Both the position numbers and the translations under genes were made by a program. Of a stretch of 64,000 nucleotides of DNA, positions 45,950 through 63,991 are shown in pieces (within the stretch, counting starts at the first letter, position 1; every line of letters begins with the position of its first letter). The notes below the pieces were generated by a model. It was not told where the DNA came from, did no database searches, and saw only the letters and a program-made list of their open reading frames with translations. The DNA is from the human T2T-CHM13v2.0 reference genome, Homo sapiens: assembly GCF_009914755.1 (NCBI RefSeq), contig NC_060943.1, one strand, 5' to 3'.

Positions 45950-48270
45950 GGGCTACACACATACGCAGCCAACTCATATCTACAGGTGTCCCTAGCATCT
46001 GGCCACAGCTTTACACACTTGGTTACACATAGACGCAATCACAGCTACACACCTCAGATCGCAGATACACAGAAACAGTCCCAAACCCAGAAAGCTGCCA
46101 CTGTAAACATCTGGCCGCATATTCATGTTCGGACACACACAGTCTCTACTACAGACATTTGTCCACATACATGCAGCATGTCCTGGCCCACTCAGTTCCC
46201 ACCGCAGACACCTGGTCACACCACCCACTGAAATTTGGTCACTTCCACATTCTCAGCCACATACAAAGAACGGGGCCCAGACAACCCACTAGAGCCGCAC
46301 ATGCGTGGCCACACCCAGTGACAGCTATGTTTCCTCAGGCACCCGCCCAAGATACTGACGTCACAGGCCCACCCAGATAGAATCACACCCAGAGTTCACC
46401 CATTTGCTGACCCAGTCCCACACGACACAATCGCAGCTATATACACTTGTTACACGTATCTCCACTGCTGCACACTGACATCTGGTCACAGATGCACACG
46501 GACAGACACACATTTGGTCCCACGGAGACCACATGCAGCCTCAACCAGACCAGTCACACCAACACACTGTTTTTGGCCACACACTGTCACGTGGTCACAC
46601 ATACTCAGTCATAGGTGCTCAAATCTGGTCACAGCATCAGTCACACAGTCTATTGTGACAGCCACACTCATAGGGACAGTCCTCTATACACAACCACATA
46701 CAGAGGTACTGATGGCCACAGCATGCAACCACCCACAAACAACTGTCCCCAAGGATGGCCTCCCTCAAGACACAGCCATGGTGGTCCTATAGGCATGGCC
46801 ACAGCATCAATGTCCATGTGACCCAGCCACCTATCATGGTCATAATCCCGTCACCCAGTGTCCATACACAGCTGTACCATGTCACTCCAATGCAGCGAAA
46901 CATATAGCCTTTCTTCATGCAGGCACACAAGTCACACAGACAAGTATGTGGCCATATAGAATCACAGCCCCGTGTGGACAGGTGCACAAAGTCACAAGCC
47001 CCACCTACACACATATCTCACACATAGAGACATAAGCACACAGTTTTAGTTTCCCATGTCACAAGTACACAGTCCAGTGTATGCACATAAATGCAGTGAC
47101 CAGGATGTGGCATTTATAGCTGGGTTTACACAGAAGACACAGGTCCTGACGGAGCCATGTGCACAGTCAGGGGCCAATCTCATCACCAAATCACACATTC
47201 TAACACAGGTAGTCCAGCACATACACACAGAGACAAAAACAGGCACACAGCTACAGACCCCACACTCTCACAGATGATGACATAGACACAGACATCTATA
47301 GTCACCCAGGGTCAGACATGCAGGTCAAACACAATAATATGGAAGCCATAATCATATACACACCCCTACAAACATAATTTCCTGGCACCAGCACGGAGAC
47401 ACATCCACAGCTTTAGTCACACACAAATAATCCCTCTAAATAGCCAGGGTTTCAGACACCAAGTCAAATACATAACCCAAATCACACATGCAAGGCTAGA
47501 AATACACACAATCACTCGTTATCACACACACTGCTAGATACAGTCATTTATATTAATACAACCTCAGTCACACACTCAGACATGGTTCTGCATACGCAAC
47601 CACTGTCATACACAATACTGTCACACAACCCCAGTCACACAGATACAATGTGACTTCAGACACAATGGCAGTCACACAGGCAGAGTTGCACAGACAGGTG
47701 TGTGTCACTCACGTATATAAAATCAGGTAGAGACACAACTATAAACATTGTCAGTCACTGGGAGGGTCACACATGCACATGGAGCCATAGACAACTCCAC
47801 TCACACACAGTCACAACTCCACCCACGTCCTGTCAGTCACACGCATGCCCACCCCCAGACTCAACACATACTGTCACATACCCAGTTATAGTTACCGAGG
47901 CATACAAACACAGGGTCACAAAAGACACAATCACAGACAACCACAGTCACAACCATGCACACCTCCAAACACAGACAGACTAAAAAGTACAGGATTCTGC
48001 ACAGTGAGCAGCTGTCACACACACATACACAGTCACACAAATACTAGGGTCACAGACACAATCATAGACACCACCACAAGCACACACACACGACACAGGA
48101 TTCCTCAGTCACCAGCTGCAGCGTACGTGTGCACACACACACACACATACACAGCCACAGTCACACAAACACAGGGCACACTCCTAGCCACCTCCCCATC
48201 GCTTGCTTCCCCCCTTCCCCCCAGGTACCACACACAAAGCCGCCGTCACCGTCACCGCAGACACTGCAGA
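45950..48270. repeat. Degenerate CA-rich block on the plus strand (UG-rich in NUMBL pre-mRNA), intron 1
   Basis: About 2.3 kb of acac/cacag/gtcac motifs with no Alu. Confidence 0.8.
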
Positions 48271-49039
48271 CAGACAGGGCTGCACCCGGTCCCTGGGGAG
48301 CCGCCCCCAGCCCAGCCTGTATCCTGGAGCCTGAGGGCCAGGTCCAGGAGGGGGAAGCGGTGCATTGTCTGCGGGTGGGGCCACTCTTGGACAGCTGGGC
48401 AGCCCTGGGGACAAAGGGGGTGGCCTAGGGATCCTGTGCCCTGGGACCCATGACCAAGCCAGGGGGTGGAGGGATTGGGGGTTGCCTGAAATTGTCCTTA
48501 TTTTATTCAGGCTGGGGTGGGGTGGAGTCCCAGGCACAGGGACCTTGTTTTGAGAAGTGGCTGTGCCTGGGACTCCGCCCAAGGATTGGGGGGATGCTGT
48601 GCCCAGGGTGCCTCTGAGACCTGGGGGCAGGCTGTGCTTGGAGTCCCCCTAGGCCTTGGCGTGGTGGGAACGCTGTACCCAGTGACCCCATCCTCGAGAC
48701 CGTACCTAGGCAGTTGTTGTGCTGAGACCCCCTTAGGCAGGGAGAGGTAGGGATTGTGTCTGGAATCGCGTTCTGGAGGCCTTGGTTTGATACGGGGGCT
48801 GTGTCCCCGACCCCATCTCCATCCCCATCTAGTTCTAGGAGTTGTACCTAGAATCTCTGTACCCCTGTCCTTGGTTTTGTGGGGGGTCTGTGTCCAGGAT
48901 CCCTATTTCCAGGGCCTTGGCAAGAGATGGCCCAGGGGTCTGTGCCCAAGACCCCGGTCTCCTGGGCTTTGGCTTGTTGGGCCTGTTCCTGGACCCCCAC
49001 CCGGGACCACCCTCTCCAGCCTTGGCACCCTCTCTCCAT

Positions 49040-49880
49040 CCGGGCGCCGCGGCCGCCTCCCACCCTCCGCCACATCAGCAGCGGCGCCGCCCCCGACCCG
49101 AGCCCCCCTCTCCCGCCCTTCTCACGCTGGCCGCCGCGCTGCGGGACATCCAGGGCCCGGGCGCCCCCGCCTCCCGCGGCCCTGGCTGGGCCTGGCTCCC
49201 CGACTGCTGCTGCTGCGGTGGTGGCGGCGGCAGCTCGGTCTGACGCCGGCCAGGGCCCGGGGCCGGGGGATGGTGCGGGATGCACGCGCGCGAGCCTCCT
49301 CGGCTCCCGGGAGGATTCCGTTCCGGGGGCGGGGGAGCGTCCCTCGGCCTCGGCTCCCCGCCCCGACCCCGCCCATTGGCCCGCCGCCTGCCGTATATGC
49401 AGAAAGGTCCCGCCCCGCCCCGCCCCTTGGCCTGAAGACCCCGCCCACACGCAGACACCATCCCGCCTTCCCCGGCGCGGCCACCGCCCCGCCACGCCCA
49501 TTGGCCAGTCCCGAGCTGAGCATGCCTATGAACATCGCCGAGTCCTTTCCCCCGGTCCGTCCTGGCCTGGGCTCCCTTTCCCTCCGTGACACCTGACCTC
49601 AGATCCCCTCCAGCTCCGCGTCCGAAAGAGTTGCTTCTAGAGGCGCCTTGCCGCCCCACACCCCCAAATCTTCCCGCTAACCCCATGGTTCCCCAGCCCG
49701 GCGGGGGCGGGCAGGAGCGGTGACGAGGCACTTTTTGCAAGGAAGGGGAGGGGGTGTGAACAGACCAAGGCGTCCTGATGCGCGATCGGTTCGGCTTTGG
49801 GAACGGGGGCGCCGGGGTGGGACCAGGGCGCGGTTCTGGCCGCTACGGCGCCCCCGCCGCCCCCTACGCCAATCCTGTGG
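49040..49880 (-). promoter_or_regulatory. NUMBL: NUMBL CpG-island promoter, 5'UTR and exon 1
   Basis: Dense CpG; many GC boxes (CCCCGCCC); CCAAT boxes on the minus strand at 49375-49379 and 49500-49504 and on the plus strand at 49869-49873. Confidence 0.9.
49126..49149 (-). CDS. NUMBL: NUMBL coding exon 1 (MSRSAAAS)
   Basis: ATG at 49149-49147 inside a CpG island; 24 nt then GTGAG donor (plus-strand ctcac 49121-49125); matches the recalled NUMBL N-terminus; phase 0. Confidence 0.93.
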
Positions 49881-50211
49881 GTTTGGCAAAGCAGCTGGCA
49901 GGGACATTAGAGCCCATTAGTAAAGGCGAGGTTGCCAGGAGTGAGGGGAGGGAGCCCGCAGCCAAGAGGCACTGTGTGTGTGGGAGGCCTCAGCTGCCAC
50001 AGCCCTTAGAGCAGGTGGTCAGCACGTGGGGGGGGGTGGGGAAGGCGAGAAGGAGGTTCCCGGCAACAGATGGCACAGGCAGGGCTGAGGCTTTCAGACA
50101 AGGGGGTGCAGGGGGGCTGGCCATCTGCACCTGGAGGCCGCTGGCGAGCTCCTCCCCCTCTCCCCCCAACCCTAGCGCAGAGAAAAGAGCTGGGGGAAGG
50201 GGAGGGCTGCT

Positions 50212-50217
50212 TTTATT
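50212..50217 (-). terminator. COQ8B: COQ8B poly(A) signal AATAAA
   Basis: Plus-strand tttatt about 485 nt after the stop; pyrimidine-rich sequence follows on the minus strand. Confidence 0.85.
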
Positions 50218-50700
50218 CCGATTGAAGATTCAGCTCCCCCCCACCCCGCACCCCTACCTCTCCAACACACTGAGAGGCTGGAACCCGGGAGAAGGCAGCT
50301 GTTGGAGGAGCGAGGGAGGCAGAGGTGAGGACTGCCTCCAGGACCATCTCGCCTTCCACGGGAGGCTTGAGGCAGAGGTGAGGGCTCCCCCTGATGAGTC
50401 TGATCTGCATAACGACATGCAGCGGCCCAAGGCTCCCTCAAATGTTGGCAAAGATAAGTTAACCGCTTCCCTGGCTTAGTTTTCGGATACCCACTTTCGA
50501 GTGGGGAGGTGCAGGATCTAGGGCACGAAGTTGGGAGTTCCCCAGCCCCAGGGATCCTGAGCTCCTGGGCCAAGGAGGAGAGCCAGGCAAGACTGGGAAG
50601 CCCAAGGGGGCTCCTCTGACCCAGGGCAGACGGGGAAGGGATAAGAGGCACTACAGCAGGGTACGGCCTGCTCTGGGGACTGAATCCCCCATGGAGGCTG

Positions 50701-51144
<444 letters not shown>

Positions 51145-51544
51145 TCAACACAAGCCCCGACTCCCCCAAGAGTGAGCAGCTTCCACTCCTTCCAGAGCCT
51201 GGACTAGACAAGCAGCTGCCTATTCCCCGAGTAAGCACCCCTCACTTCCCTGCAGAGCCTCCAACAGACAAGTAGCCCTCTACTCTCTCTACAACAGAGA
51301 AGCGGCCTTCGCCCCTCCTGAACAGATCCACGGTGCCCATGTTCCCAGGGTTCCTGAGAAGTCAGGCAGCCACCTCCCCCCACTCCTCCCCAAAGCCCCC
51401 AGCATGGATAAGCATCCCTCCTAGAGTCACCCACTCCCCAGGTATAGACACACAGCCTCCATTCTCCCTAGTGGAGACAAGCCCCTCCTAGAGTCCCCCA
51501 GTCCCCGGGTATCGACATGCCCCATCACCTACTCGAGTTCCTCA

Positions 51545-51826
<282 letters not shown>

Positions 51827-53697
51827 TCACCTGGAAGCTTCCTGCTCCCAACTTTGCCTGTCTGTGACTCCCTTAAAGACTCTTCCAGAGCCTGGGAGTG
51901 GAGGTGGTTAGGGATCCTGCCCACCTAGAGGGCAATGTGGGGCCTGCCCGGGAACTGCCACAGTGAAACAGTGCAAGAAACAAGTGTCAGGGCTGCTGGT
52001 GAGTCCAAACACTCAACTGGACGGGTATGAGCGTGACCCAGAACTGCATCCAAAGTTGCCAGGGGCCATCTCTCTGTCTCCCACACTGGACTTTGAGCCC
52101 CGTGAGAGCAAGGATCCCAGTTGGGTTTAGTCGCACGGGGCACAGGGTCTGGTGCTGAGGAGGCCCTGGGTGAACCTTGCTTTAGCAAATGAGCGTGTGG
52201 AGCAGAGCAGCTCTCCAGCCATGAGCTCACACACACAGGGCAGGAGTTGTGGGCATGGAGAGATGCCCAGCTGGGGCCAGCTGGCTAGGGTTCCGTCCCA
52301 GCTCTGCCACCTGCCGGCCTGTTGGGCCTCCACTTTCTCATCTGTGAAGTGGGGATGCCAAAAGTGCCTTCCTCATGGGGCTGTTGGGAGGATAAAGAAG
52401 GTGATGCCTGTGGCCTGCCTGGCGCTGTGTCTCATGCAGGAAGCACCGTAAATACTATAATCTACCATTATTAAGAGGTGGGCACGGGGGTCCCTATTTC
52501 ACAGAAGGGGAAGCAGACCCGGAGTAGGGAGTGGAACCGGGTCACACCACTCACTACTGGGTTGCCCTTTTTTGTGAGGAGGGGGATTCGGGATTAATTC
52601 CATTCCCTCTCTGCTCCCCCTGCCCGAGCATGTCTGGCCATCTGTCAGGCCTGTGGTCCTCAGAAGCCAGGGCTTTTATAAAGTGGCAAAGGCTGCAGGC
52701 CTGGGTGGGAGGGGAGGGTGTCAGTGGGGAGAAGAAGGGTCTCAGCTTTGTGCCTCAGTGGCCGGCAGAGAGGGCCCCAAGGGGCCTGTGTGTAAGGGGT
52801 TATCACCTCCTCTTCCTGTTCCTGTCTCAGAGGTGGCCCCACCAGTCCCCAGACCAGACCCCTAGACACCTCTGTCCCCAACTTCTAGCCCGTCTGCTCC
52901 CATGGACTGCCAGCTGGGCATCTCCCAGCCACCCCTCTGCCCCTCTCCACAGCTGCCCTGAGCTCCCACCCCCAGGCTTAGAGACCACTTCTTATTCAGA
53001 GGGAGTTTTCAAATTCTGACTGCATCCCTTCCCTGCTCAAATCTTTTCCACGGCTCCGCAGGGCACCTGGATACAGTACGAGCTGTAGAGCGCAGCCTCT
53101 AAAATCCGCAGTGATTTGCTGCAGCCTCGTCACTGTGCTGCCCCCCGACCTGCCCTCCCACTCAGAATGGGAGCTTCCTTTGGGTGCTCTAGGGCCTTAC
53201 TACTACCAGTGTGGTCCCCATACGGGTAGCCCTGGCCTCACATGGGTGCGTGTCAGAACATAGCATCTTACGCCCACCTCCAGACCAGAATCTGCACTTG
53301 CACAGGATCGCCAGGCTTCACATGCACATCCAAGTCTGAGAAATGCTGCTCTAATGGGACTGTCCCTTATCACTGCCTCGTCTTGGCACATGTTGTCTAT
53401 CTGAAATACCCTCCGAGCCTTTTCCCAGTTGGCCCCCCTCATCCCTCAGGTCTCAATGCTGACACTCCCTCCTCCGGGAAGCCCTCCTTGGCTCCCCAGG
53501 CTGGCTCAGGCTCCTCCTCTGGGCTCACAGTGCCCTGCGCTTCCCCCATCCCAGCCCTGTCCATGCTAGGTCCTCACTGTCGCCTCACTGACTATGAGTT
53601 CTGTGAGGAGGGGCCTAGGCTGGGCCCAGGTCACTGCTGTGTCTCCAGCTTTGCCTAGAATAGAGCTGGGCACAGAGGAGGGGTCAGAAAACATTTA

Positions 53698-54064
<367 letters not shown>

Positions 54065-54633
54065 TTAGAGGACCCAGGGCAAATGTCCAATCTCAACAAC
54101 GAATGAAATGGTATTCTCTGCAGCCTCTAAGACAAACTGACCCCAGTGGGTGGGAGAGACGAGCCAAGTACGTGAGGAAACACCTCCTGTAGACAGAGTT
54201 GCCCCCAGGGACACACACCTGGGCTGGACACCAGGGCCCTGGACAGCATGGGGTCTGGAGAGGTGACAAGATGGTCACTGTGGGCCTTTCTCTTAGGAGG
54301 GAGCTGGGCAGTGGTTGGAAGCTTGGGCTCTGGACCTGGACCACCTGAATTTGAATCCCAAGTCTGCTGTGATCTTGGGCACGTGACTTAACCCCTCCAG
54401 GACCCAGTTACTTCATCTGGCCTAAAACGGGCCTAAAAACGGTCCTTTTCGCATTGTGTTGCTGTGTGGTTTATATCGGTTCCTATACGTAAGCACTAAA
54501 GATGGAGCCTGACATATTAAGTGCTTGGTGTGTGCTAGTTGCTACGAGTATTACTATTATTTATTATTTCTTAATTCCAGAAACTGCATTTCGCCTTCTT
54601 ACTCCTCTGCCTCAGTATATGGCTTGAGCCTCA

Positions 54634-54783
<150 letters not shown>

Positions 54784-55128
54784 TCACTGTCTATTGGGGC
54801 AGCCAGGATCTGTCTCCCTCCCCATGACCCTGCCTGCTCCTGCCAGAGTCCCTGCCTGGCTGCCTCACTGGGCTCCTGGCCTCATCTCCCGTTTCCAACC
54901 GACCCCCTAGCTGAAGGCTTTTTTTTCTTTTAGTTCTAATTGTTTATGCAATAACAAATTTTAGACCCAGAAAAAAAATCCAGAGAATAATAAAAGATAT
55001 AGAAAAGTAAAATGAATACTCACAAATCCTGCCACCCAGCCTAAAATATAAAATACTCCCCATCCGGCCACACGTGGTGGCTCACACCTCTAACCCTAGC
55101 ACTTTGGGAGGCCAAGGTGGGTGGATCA

Positions 55129-55455
<327 letters not shown>

Positions 55456-55762
55456 TTATTTCCTGAAATTCTCATTTATGCATTTCTATATTTTCTATGT
55501 ATGTGTACAGCTGTAAACAATCTAGAGTAATGGTGTGCATATTTTCAAACTTCACAGAAGTGGTATTTACTGTCGTTCTCCTGCAACTTGTGCTTTTTGC
55601 CCAGCATGGTTTTGCGATTTATCCCTGTTGCCATGTGTCGCTCCAGCTCAGTCACTCATTTCACACTGCTGTGTAAGGACTTCGTTGCGTGAATCTATCA
55701 CAGTGCATTTATCTGGCTGAGGAATACTGTGGTTGTTTCTGATTTTTTTTCCTTCTTTTTAA

Positions 55763-55975
<213 letters not shown>

Positions 55976-56139
55976 TAGAGATAGGGTTTCACTACGTTGC
56001 CCAGACTGGTCTCGAACTACTGGGCTCCAGTGATCCTCCCACCTCAGCCTCCCAAAGTGCAGAGATTACATTAGTGAGTCATCTCACCTGGCCTGTTTCT
56101 AATTTTTGTGCTCAATGAACACCTGTAAGAATGTTTCTA

Positions 56140-56307
<168 letters not shown>

Positions 56308-56315
56308 CTATACTA

Positions 56316-56456
<141 letters not shown>

Positions 56457-56497
56457 TCAACAAGAGCAAAACTCTATCTCTAAACAAACAAATAAAT

Positions 56498-56502
<5 letters not shown>

Positions 56503-56568
<66 letters not shown>
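56503..56568. repeat. Compound (TA)16(GA)17 microsatellite at an Alu tail, COQ8B intron
   Basis: Direct count. Confidence 0.95.
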
Positions 56569-56570
<2 letters not shown>

Positions 56571-56613
56571 CAGTTTCTACTGGGCGTTCATGCAAATGCA
56601 CACAAAAACGTCA

Positions 56614-56979
<366 letters not shown>

Positions 56980-57071
56980 CTATTCCATAAAAAAAAAAAA
57001 AGTGCTGGTGGATCATGAGGTCAGGAGTTCAAGACTAGCCTGGCCAAAATGGTGAAACCTCATCTCTACTA

Positions 57072-57275
<204 letters not shown>

Positions 57276-57522
57276 TCAGGACTCCTATCACTTGGAGTTG
57301 GGTAAACATATCCCTGGGGTATGAACCTAGGAGGGGACACAGGGTGTATGCACATTGTGGAGAAAGAAGAGGCAAGGGACTAGGGCTGGAGACTCCGTGG
57401 GGCCACAGGATGCTCAGCAAAGGGTTCAGACTTGATTCTGAGGGGGCTGTGAAGCTGTAGGAGGGATATCTTGACCAGATTTGTGCTTTAGAAAGACCCC
57501 TCTGGGGACAAAATGGGGATAG

Positions 57523-57991
<469 letters not shown>

Positions 57992-58284
57992 TAATCCCTG
58001 CTCACCCCACAGTGAGTCAGGCACTTTCCCTGGGATCCCATAACTTCCTGTGCCTCCCCCAACTCCAGCCCCCACCCCTCTGCCTGTGCCTCCCCCATCC
58101 CGGTCCTGACCCATCTGGCCTGTGCTCCTCATTGTGGTTGGTACGAACCACTCTAGGTCATCGCTGTGTGGTGCCAGGTCCCCCCACTGGACTGGGCACT
58201 CTGAGAAGGCAAGGGTCAGGGATGTCTTTTTATTGCTGTCAAGAGGCAAGGGCAGGTGATGGTGTGTTCTGTATGGATGACGAG

Positions 58285-58735
58285 TGTGGTAGTGATGGCT
58301 AACTGCCTTCCAAAAGCTGTACTTCCCCTATGTGCTGTCACATTGCCACCAGGAACCACTGCCTAGCCAGGGACTCCATTTTCCAGCATGCCTTGCACCT
58401 AGGCAGGCTATGTCACTAGCTCTCACTGATGGAATGGCAACGGAAGTGCTATGTCCATTGCCCCAGGATGAGCTTAGTGTATTTAGCCTGGGCATTACTT
58501 TTTCCACTTCTGGCCAAAGCAGTTAGGCAGGGGGCTACCCTCAACCTCTCTTACCCTTTCCTTGGGAAGCAGAGCGTTGCAAGGCCCCAGGGATGGCAAA
58601 ACCACAAAAGGGAAGGAGCTGGGTCCCTGAATCCCACTTGGAAAAGGGCCACCCCTGCCTATTGTGGGGGTAATCAACTGCTATTTTGTTGAGCTACCGA
58701 AATATCAAGGAATATTTGTTACAACAGCAAATGTA
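58285..58735 (+). mobile_element. Old MLT1-type LTR in a COQ8B intron
   Basis: tgtggtag...ttgttacaacagca ends and internal gtcactagctctcactgatggaatg resemble MLT1 consensus. Confidence 0.45.
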
Positions 58736-58753
58736 CCCAGACACACATCACTA

Positions 58754-58885
<132 letters not shown>

Positions 58886-58900
58886 TTAACAGGCATCTCA

Positions 58901-59185
<285 letters not shown>

Positions 59186-61290
59186 TCAGGCTTGTGACCC
59201 AGCTTGAGACCTCCTCCTTGTGCTCTCAGAAGTCCTCCATGAACAGTCTGCGCCATGCCCTCCCTCCTGCCCATCTCTTGCTGCTGTCTGCCCTGGGTGA
59301 TGACCAACACCTGGCTGGACTGAGATTTAACAAGTATCTCCAAGGTGCCTACTCTGCACCTGCCTCTCAACTGGGTGCTGCTGGAAACCCAGTCACCACT
59401 TCCCTACCCGAAACCCTTCTATGACTTCTGGTTGCCCCAGAAGGATGAGTTCAGGTGTATTTCAGCCTTTGCATTACTTTTTCATTAATTTATTAATTCA
59501 TTCATCCCAAAAGTAGTCACTGGTATCAAAATCTGTGAAGTCTATCGTGATACCCATGGGTCAGTCCTTGCAATCACTACTCTGAACACAGGTAAATAGC
59601 GGGAAAGAATCTTCTGTGTCCATCCTTGTGCTAAATGATGCTGGGGACAGAGCAGTGAATGAACCAGTCCCTGGACCTGGCCCCCAACCCCGAGACCACA
59701 CTCTCACAAACAGACGGATTATAGATTGAGGTAAGTGTGTTGGCTGGGTGCAGTGGCTTACACCTGTAATCCCAGCAGTTTGAGACACCGAGGTGGGAGA
59801 ATCGCTTGAGCCCAGGAGTTCAAGACCAGCCTGGGCAACATGGTGAAACCTCGTCTTTATGAAAAACTACAAAAATTAGCTGGGCATGGTGGCCTGCGCC
59901 TATGTTCCCAGCTACTCAGGAGGCTGAGGTGGGAAAATCACTTGAGCCTGGGAGGTCGAGGCTGGAGTGAGCTGTGATCTCACCACTGTATTCCAGCCTG
60001 GAAAACAGAGCGAGACCCTGTCTCAAAAAAATAAAAGAAGTATGTCTATGTAAGATTTGGGAGGCAGAGAATATGAGCAAGGTCTCTGGTTGAGGATCCG
60101 TGGGATGGCTGGAGGAGAGTGAGGGAGAACAGGAGGGTGGTGTGGGGTTTTATCCTAAGGGCACCCGGGAATCCTGTGGGGGACGGGGGGGTCTCTGGCC
60201 CATCACCCCACTTCACACTCTCTTCCTTGAGCTCCTCCTTTGGGGTTTGTATTTTTGTCCTTGTTGATAAAAATCTCTGATGTTTGAACTGCTCCTCATG
60301 AACCGGAGCCATGTGGGGCATTTAATCGGCACACTCCCCTTTCATCCTCACTCCACAGTGAGGGGATGCTCTCTGGAGGCCACTGTACAGATTGTATGGA
60401 TGCAGGCCACGTAACCTGTTAAGGGCTGACCCAGGATTTCATCCCGCATCTGAGTCTAGGGTGTGTGCCTCTAACCACTGCCTTCTACTGAGCTTTCACT
60501 CTCTGTCTACAGAGCTTGGCACGTTTTAGGCTGTCAATAAATGTGTGAGCCACACTGTGGAGGACCCCACTGAGGTGCCATTAATTGCTACACATCAGGA
60601 TGCTTCCAAGATATAACCACATTGTTCCACGTAGCCATAGTTCATGCATTTTCACTGCTACGTAATATTCCACAGATGAATATACCGTTGCTTATTTGTC
60701 CACCCTGCTGGATAAACTTGATGGATATGGGTTGTTTCCAGTTTGGGGCTGTTGCAGACAAGCGTTCTAGAACAGTCTGATGATGGATACTGGCAAAAGG
60801 GTCCCTAGAGTGTTCAGCAGGGAGGGCAATCGTTGGCTTGCAGAGTTCTTGAATATAAGGGCTTATGTGATGATGCCAACCTGTTCTCAAAATGCTTCTA
60901 CCACCTTCTCCCACAACCTGCAGTGCAGAAGGGATGCTGTGGAGCCCACTCTCTCTACCTCCCAGTGCTGTGGGCTCCTTGCTCTCCGTCAGTCCAGCAG
61001 AGGTAAGAGTGTGTCATTGTGTAATTAAGTGCCTGTGTCGGACCACAGTGGATATGCGGCCCATCTGACACAGGAGAAGACTGCCGCTTGGGAAGTGACC
61101 TGCCCAAGCTCACAGAGGACAAAGGGGGTAAGCGAAGTGATGGATGAGTGGAAGGATGGATGAACAATGATTGAAAGAAAGAGAGAGTTTGCCCTACCCC
61201 ACAGCTCCAGCTGCCAGAAGCTGAGGGGGCAGCTACTTCCCACCCAGCCTGGGAGGGAGGGAAGGAGGGAAGCTCAGGGCACTCAGCTCA

Positions 61291-61401
<111 letters not shown>

Positions 61402-61909
61402 TCAGCCAGGGAAGGGCCCCGAGCGCCCACTGGTGGATGCCTTCTCCTGCCAACCCTCTCTCTCCTGTCTCCCGCGCTGTCCCTCACAGCTCCTACTCTA
61501 GGCCTGTGACCCACATCTGTCCCTCTCCTGTCTCCCACGCAGCTCCTGCTCCTGCCTCTGACCTGCATCTGTCCCTCTCCTGTCTCCCCCGCTGCCCCTT
61601 GCAGCTCCTGCTCCAGGCCTCTGACCTGCATCGTATCATCTGTCTACACATTTCCCTCGTCCTTCATAGCACCACAGGGTTCCCCGGGGTCTTCCGAAGC
61701 CTTTTCTGGGCTCTGTCTCTTGCACATGCCTGCACCCCAGTCCCTGGCAGCTCTTTCAGAGTCACGCCTGCCTCTATTCTGTCTCCTTTTCATACTGACT
61801 CTCACGTTGCTCACTGCATCTGAATCTCACTTCTGGGCCTGGCTTTCCCTCTCCCTCTCCGTCTCTTACACAAACACAACCCACCCTCCTTTCTCTAGGC
61901 GCCTCCTCA

Positions 61910-62631
<722 letters not shown>

Positions 62632-63002
62632 TCACCACATGCAGGGCCCTGGGCTAAGCTCTTGGCTGCCACCCCCTTTGCAGATGAGGAAACTGAGGCT
62701 CAGAGAGAGCTCCCTTGTGCAAGTGACTAGCCAGGCACTGGCAGACTGTGAGGCTCAGCCTAGCCTGTGTCCCCTGAACCTGGACTCCCTGGGCTGTTGT
62801 GGGGATTGCTATTATTTATAGTTAAGACTCATAACAATCCTTTTTTTTTTTTTTTTTTTGAGACAGGGTCTTGTTCTGTAGCCCAGGCTGGAGTGTAGTG
62901 GCACTCTCACGGCTCACTGCAGCATCAACCTCCCGAGCTCAAGCCATCCTCCTGCCTCCTGAATAGCTGGGACTACAGATATGTGCCACTGTGCCCAGCT
63001 AA

Positions 63003-63176
<174 letters not shown>

Positions 63177-63670
63177 TAACTCACAGTTACTGTGATCAAG
63201 AAGAGCTAAAATTTACAATGGGCTTCCTGTGGGCCAGGTCCTATTCAGAGTGGCCCAGAGAGAGGCAGTACCTGCCTGGGGCCGCATGGCGAATAAGCAG
63301 AACAGGGATGGGAGAGCAGGTGGGTGGCGGAATCCTGGATTCCATGCCTTACCCAGTTATTAGAACAGCTCATGTCCTGGGCACTTACTTGGTGCCAGGC
63401 GCCGTGCCAACCTATTACAGACACGATCTCCTTTAATTAAAAAAACAGTAATAATCACAGCTAACACCTGCATGTTGCTCACAGTGAATCAGGGGCCGTT
63501 CTCAGTGCTCAGTGTAAACTGATTTATGTGACCCTATGATGTGGGTGTGGCTGTCACTATCGCCATTTCCCAGGGAAGGGAACTGAAGCACAGAGAGGTC
63601 AGGCTGCTGTTCCCTGTTTTAATCACCACAGCAATGCTAGGAGGTGTGTACTCTGGTGATTCCCATTTTA

Positions 63671-63991
<321 letters not shown>

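Noticed and set aside
48754-50479. Long plus-strand ORFs (280, 236, 233 aa) across the NUMBL promoter
   Set aside because: CpG-island artefacts with low-complexity P/R/G content.
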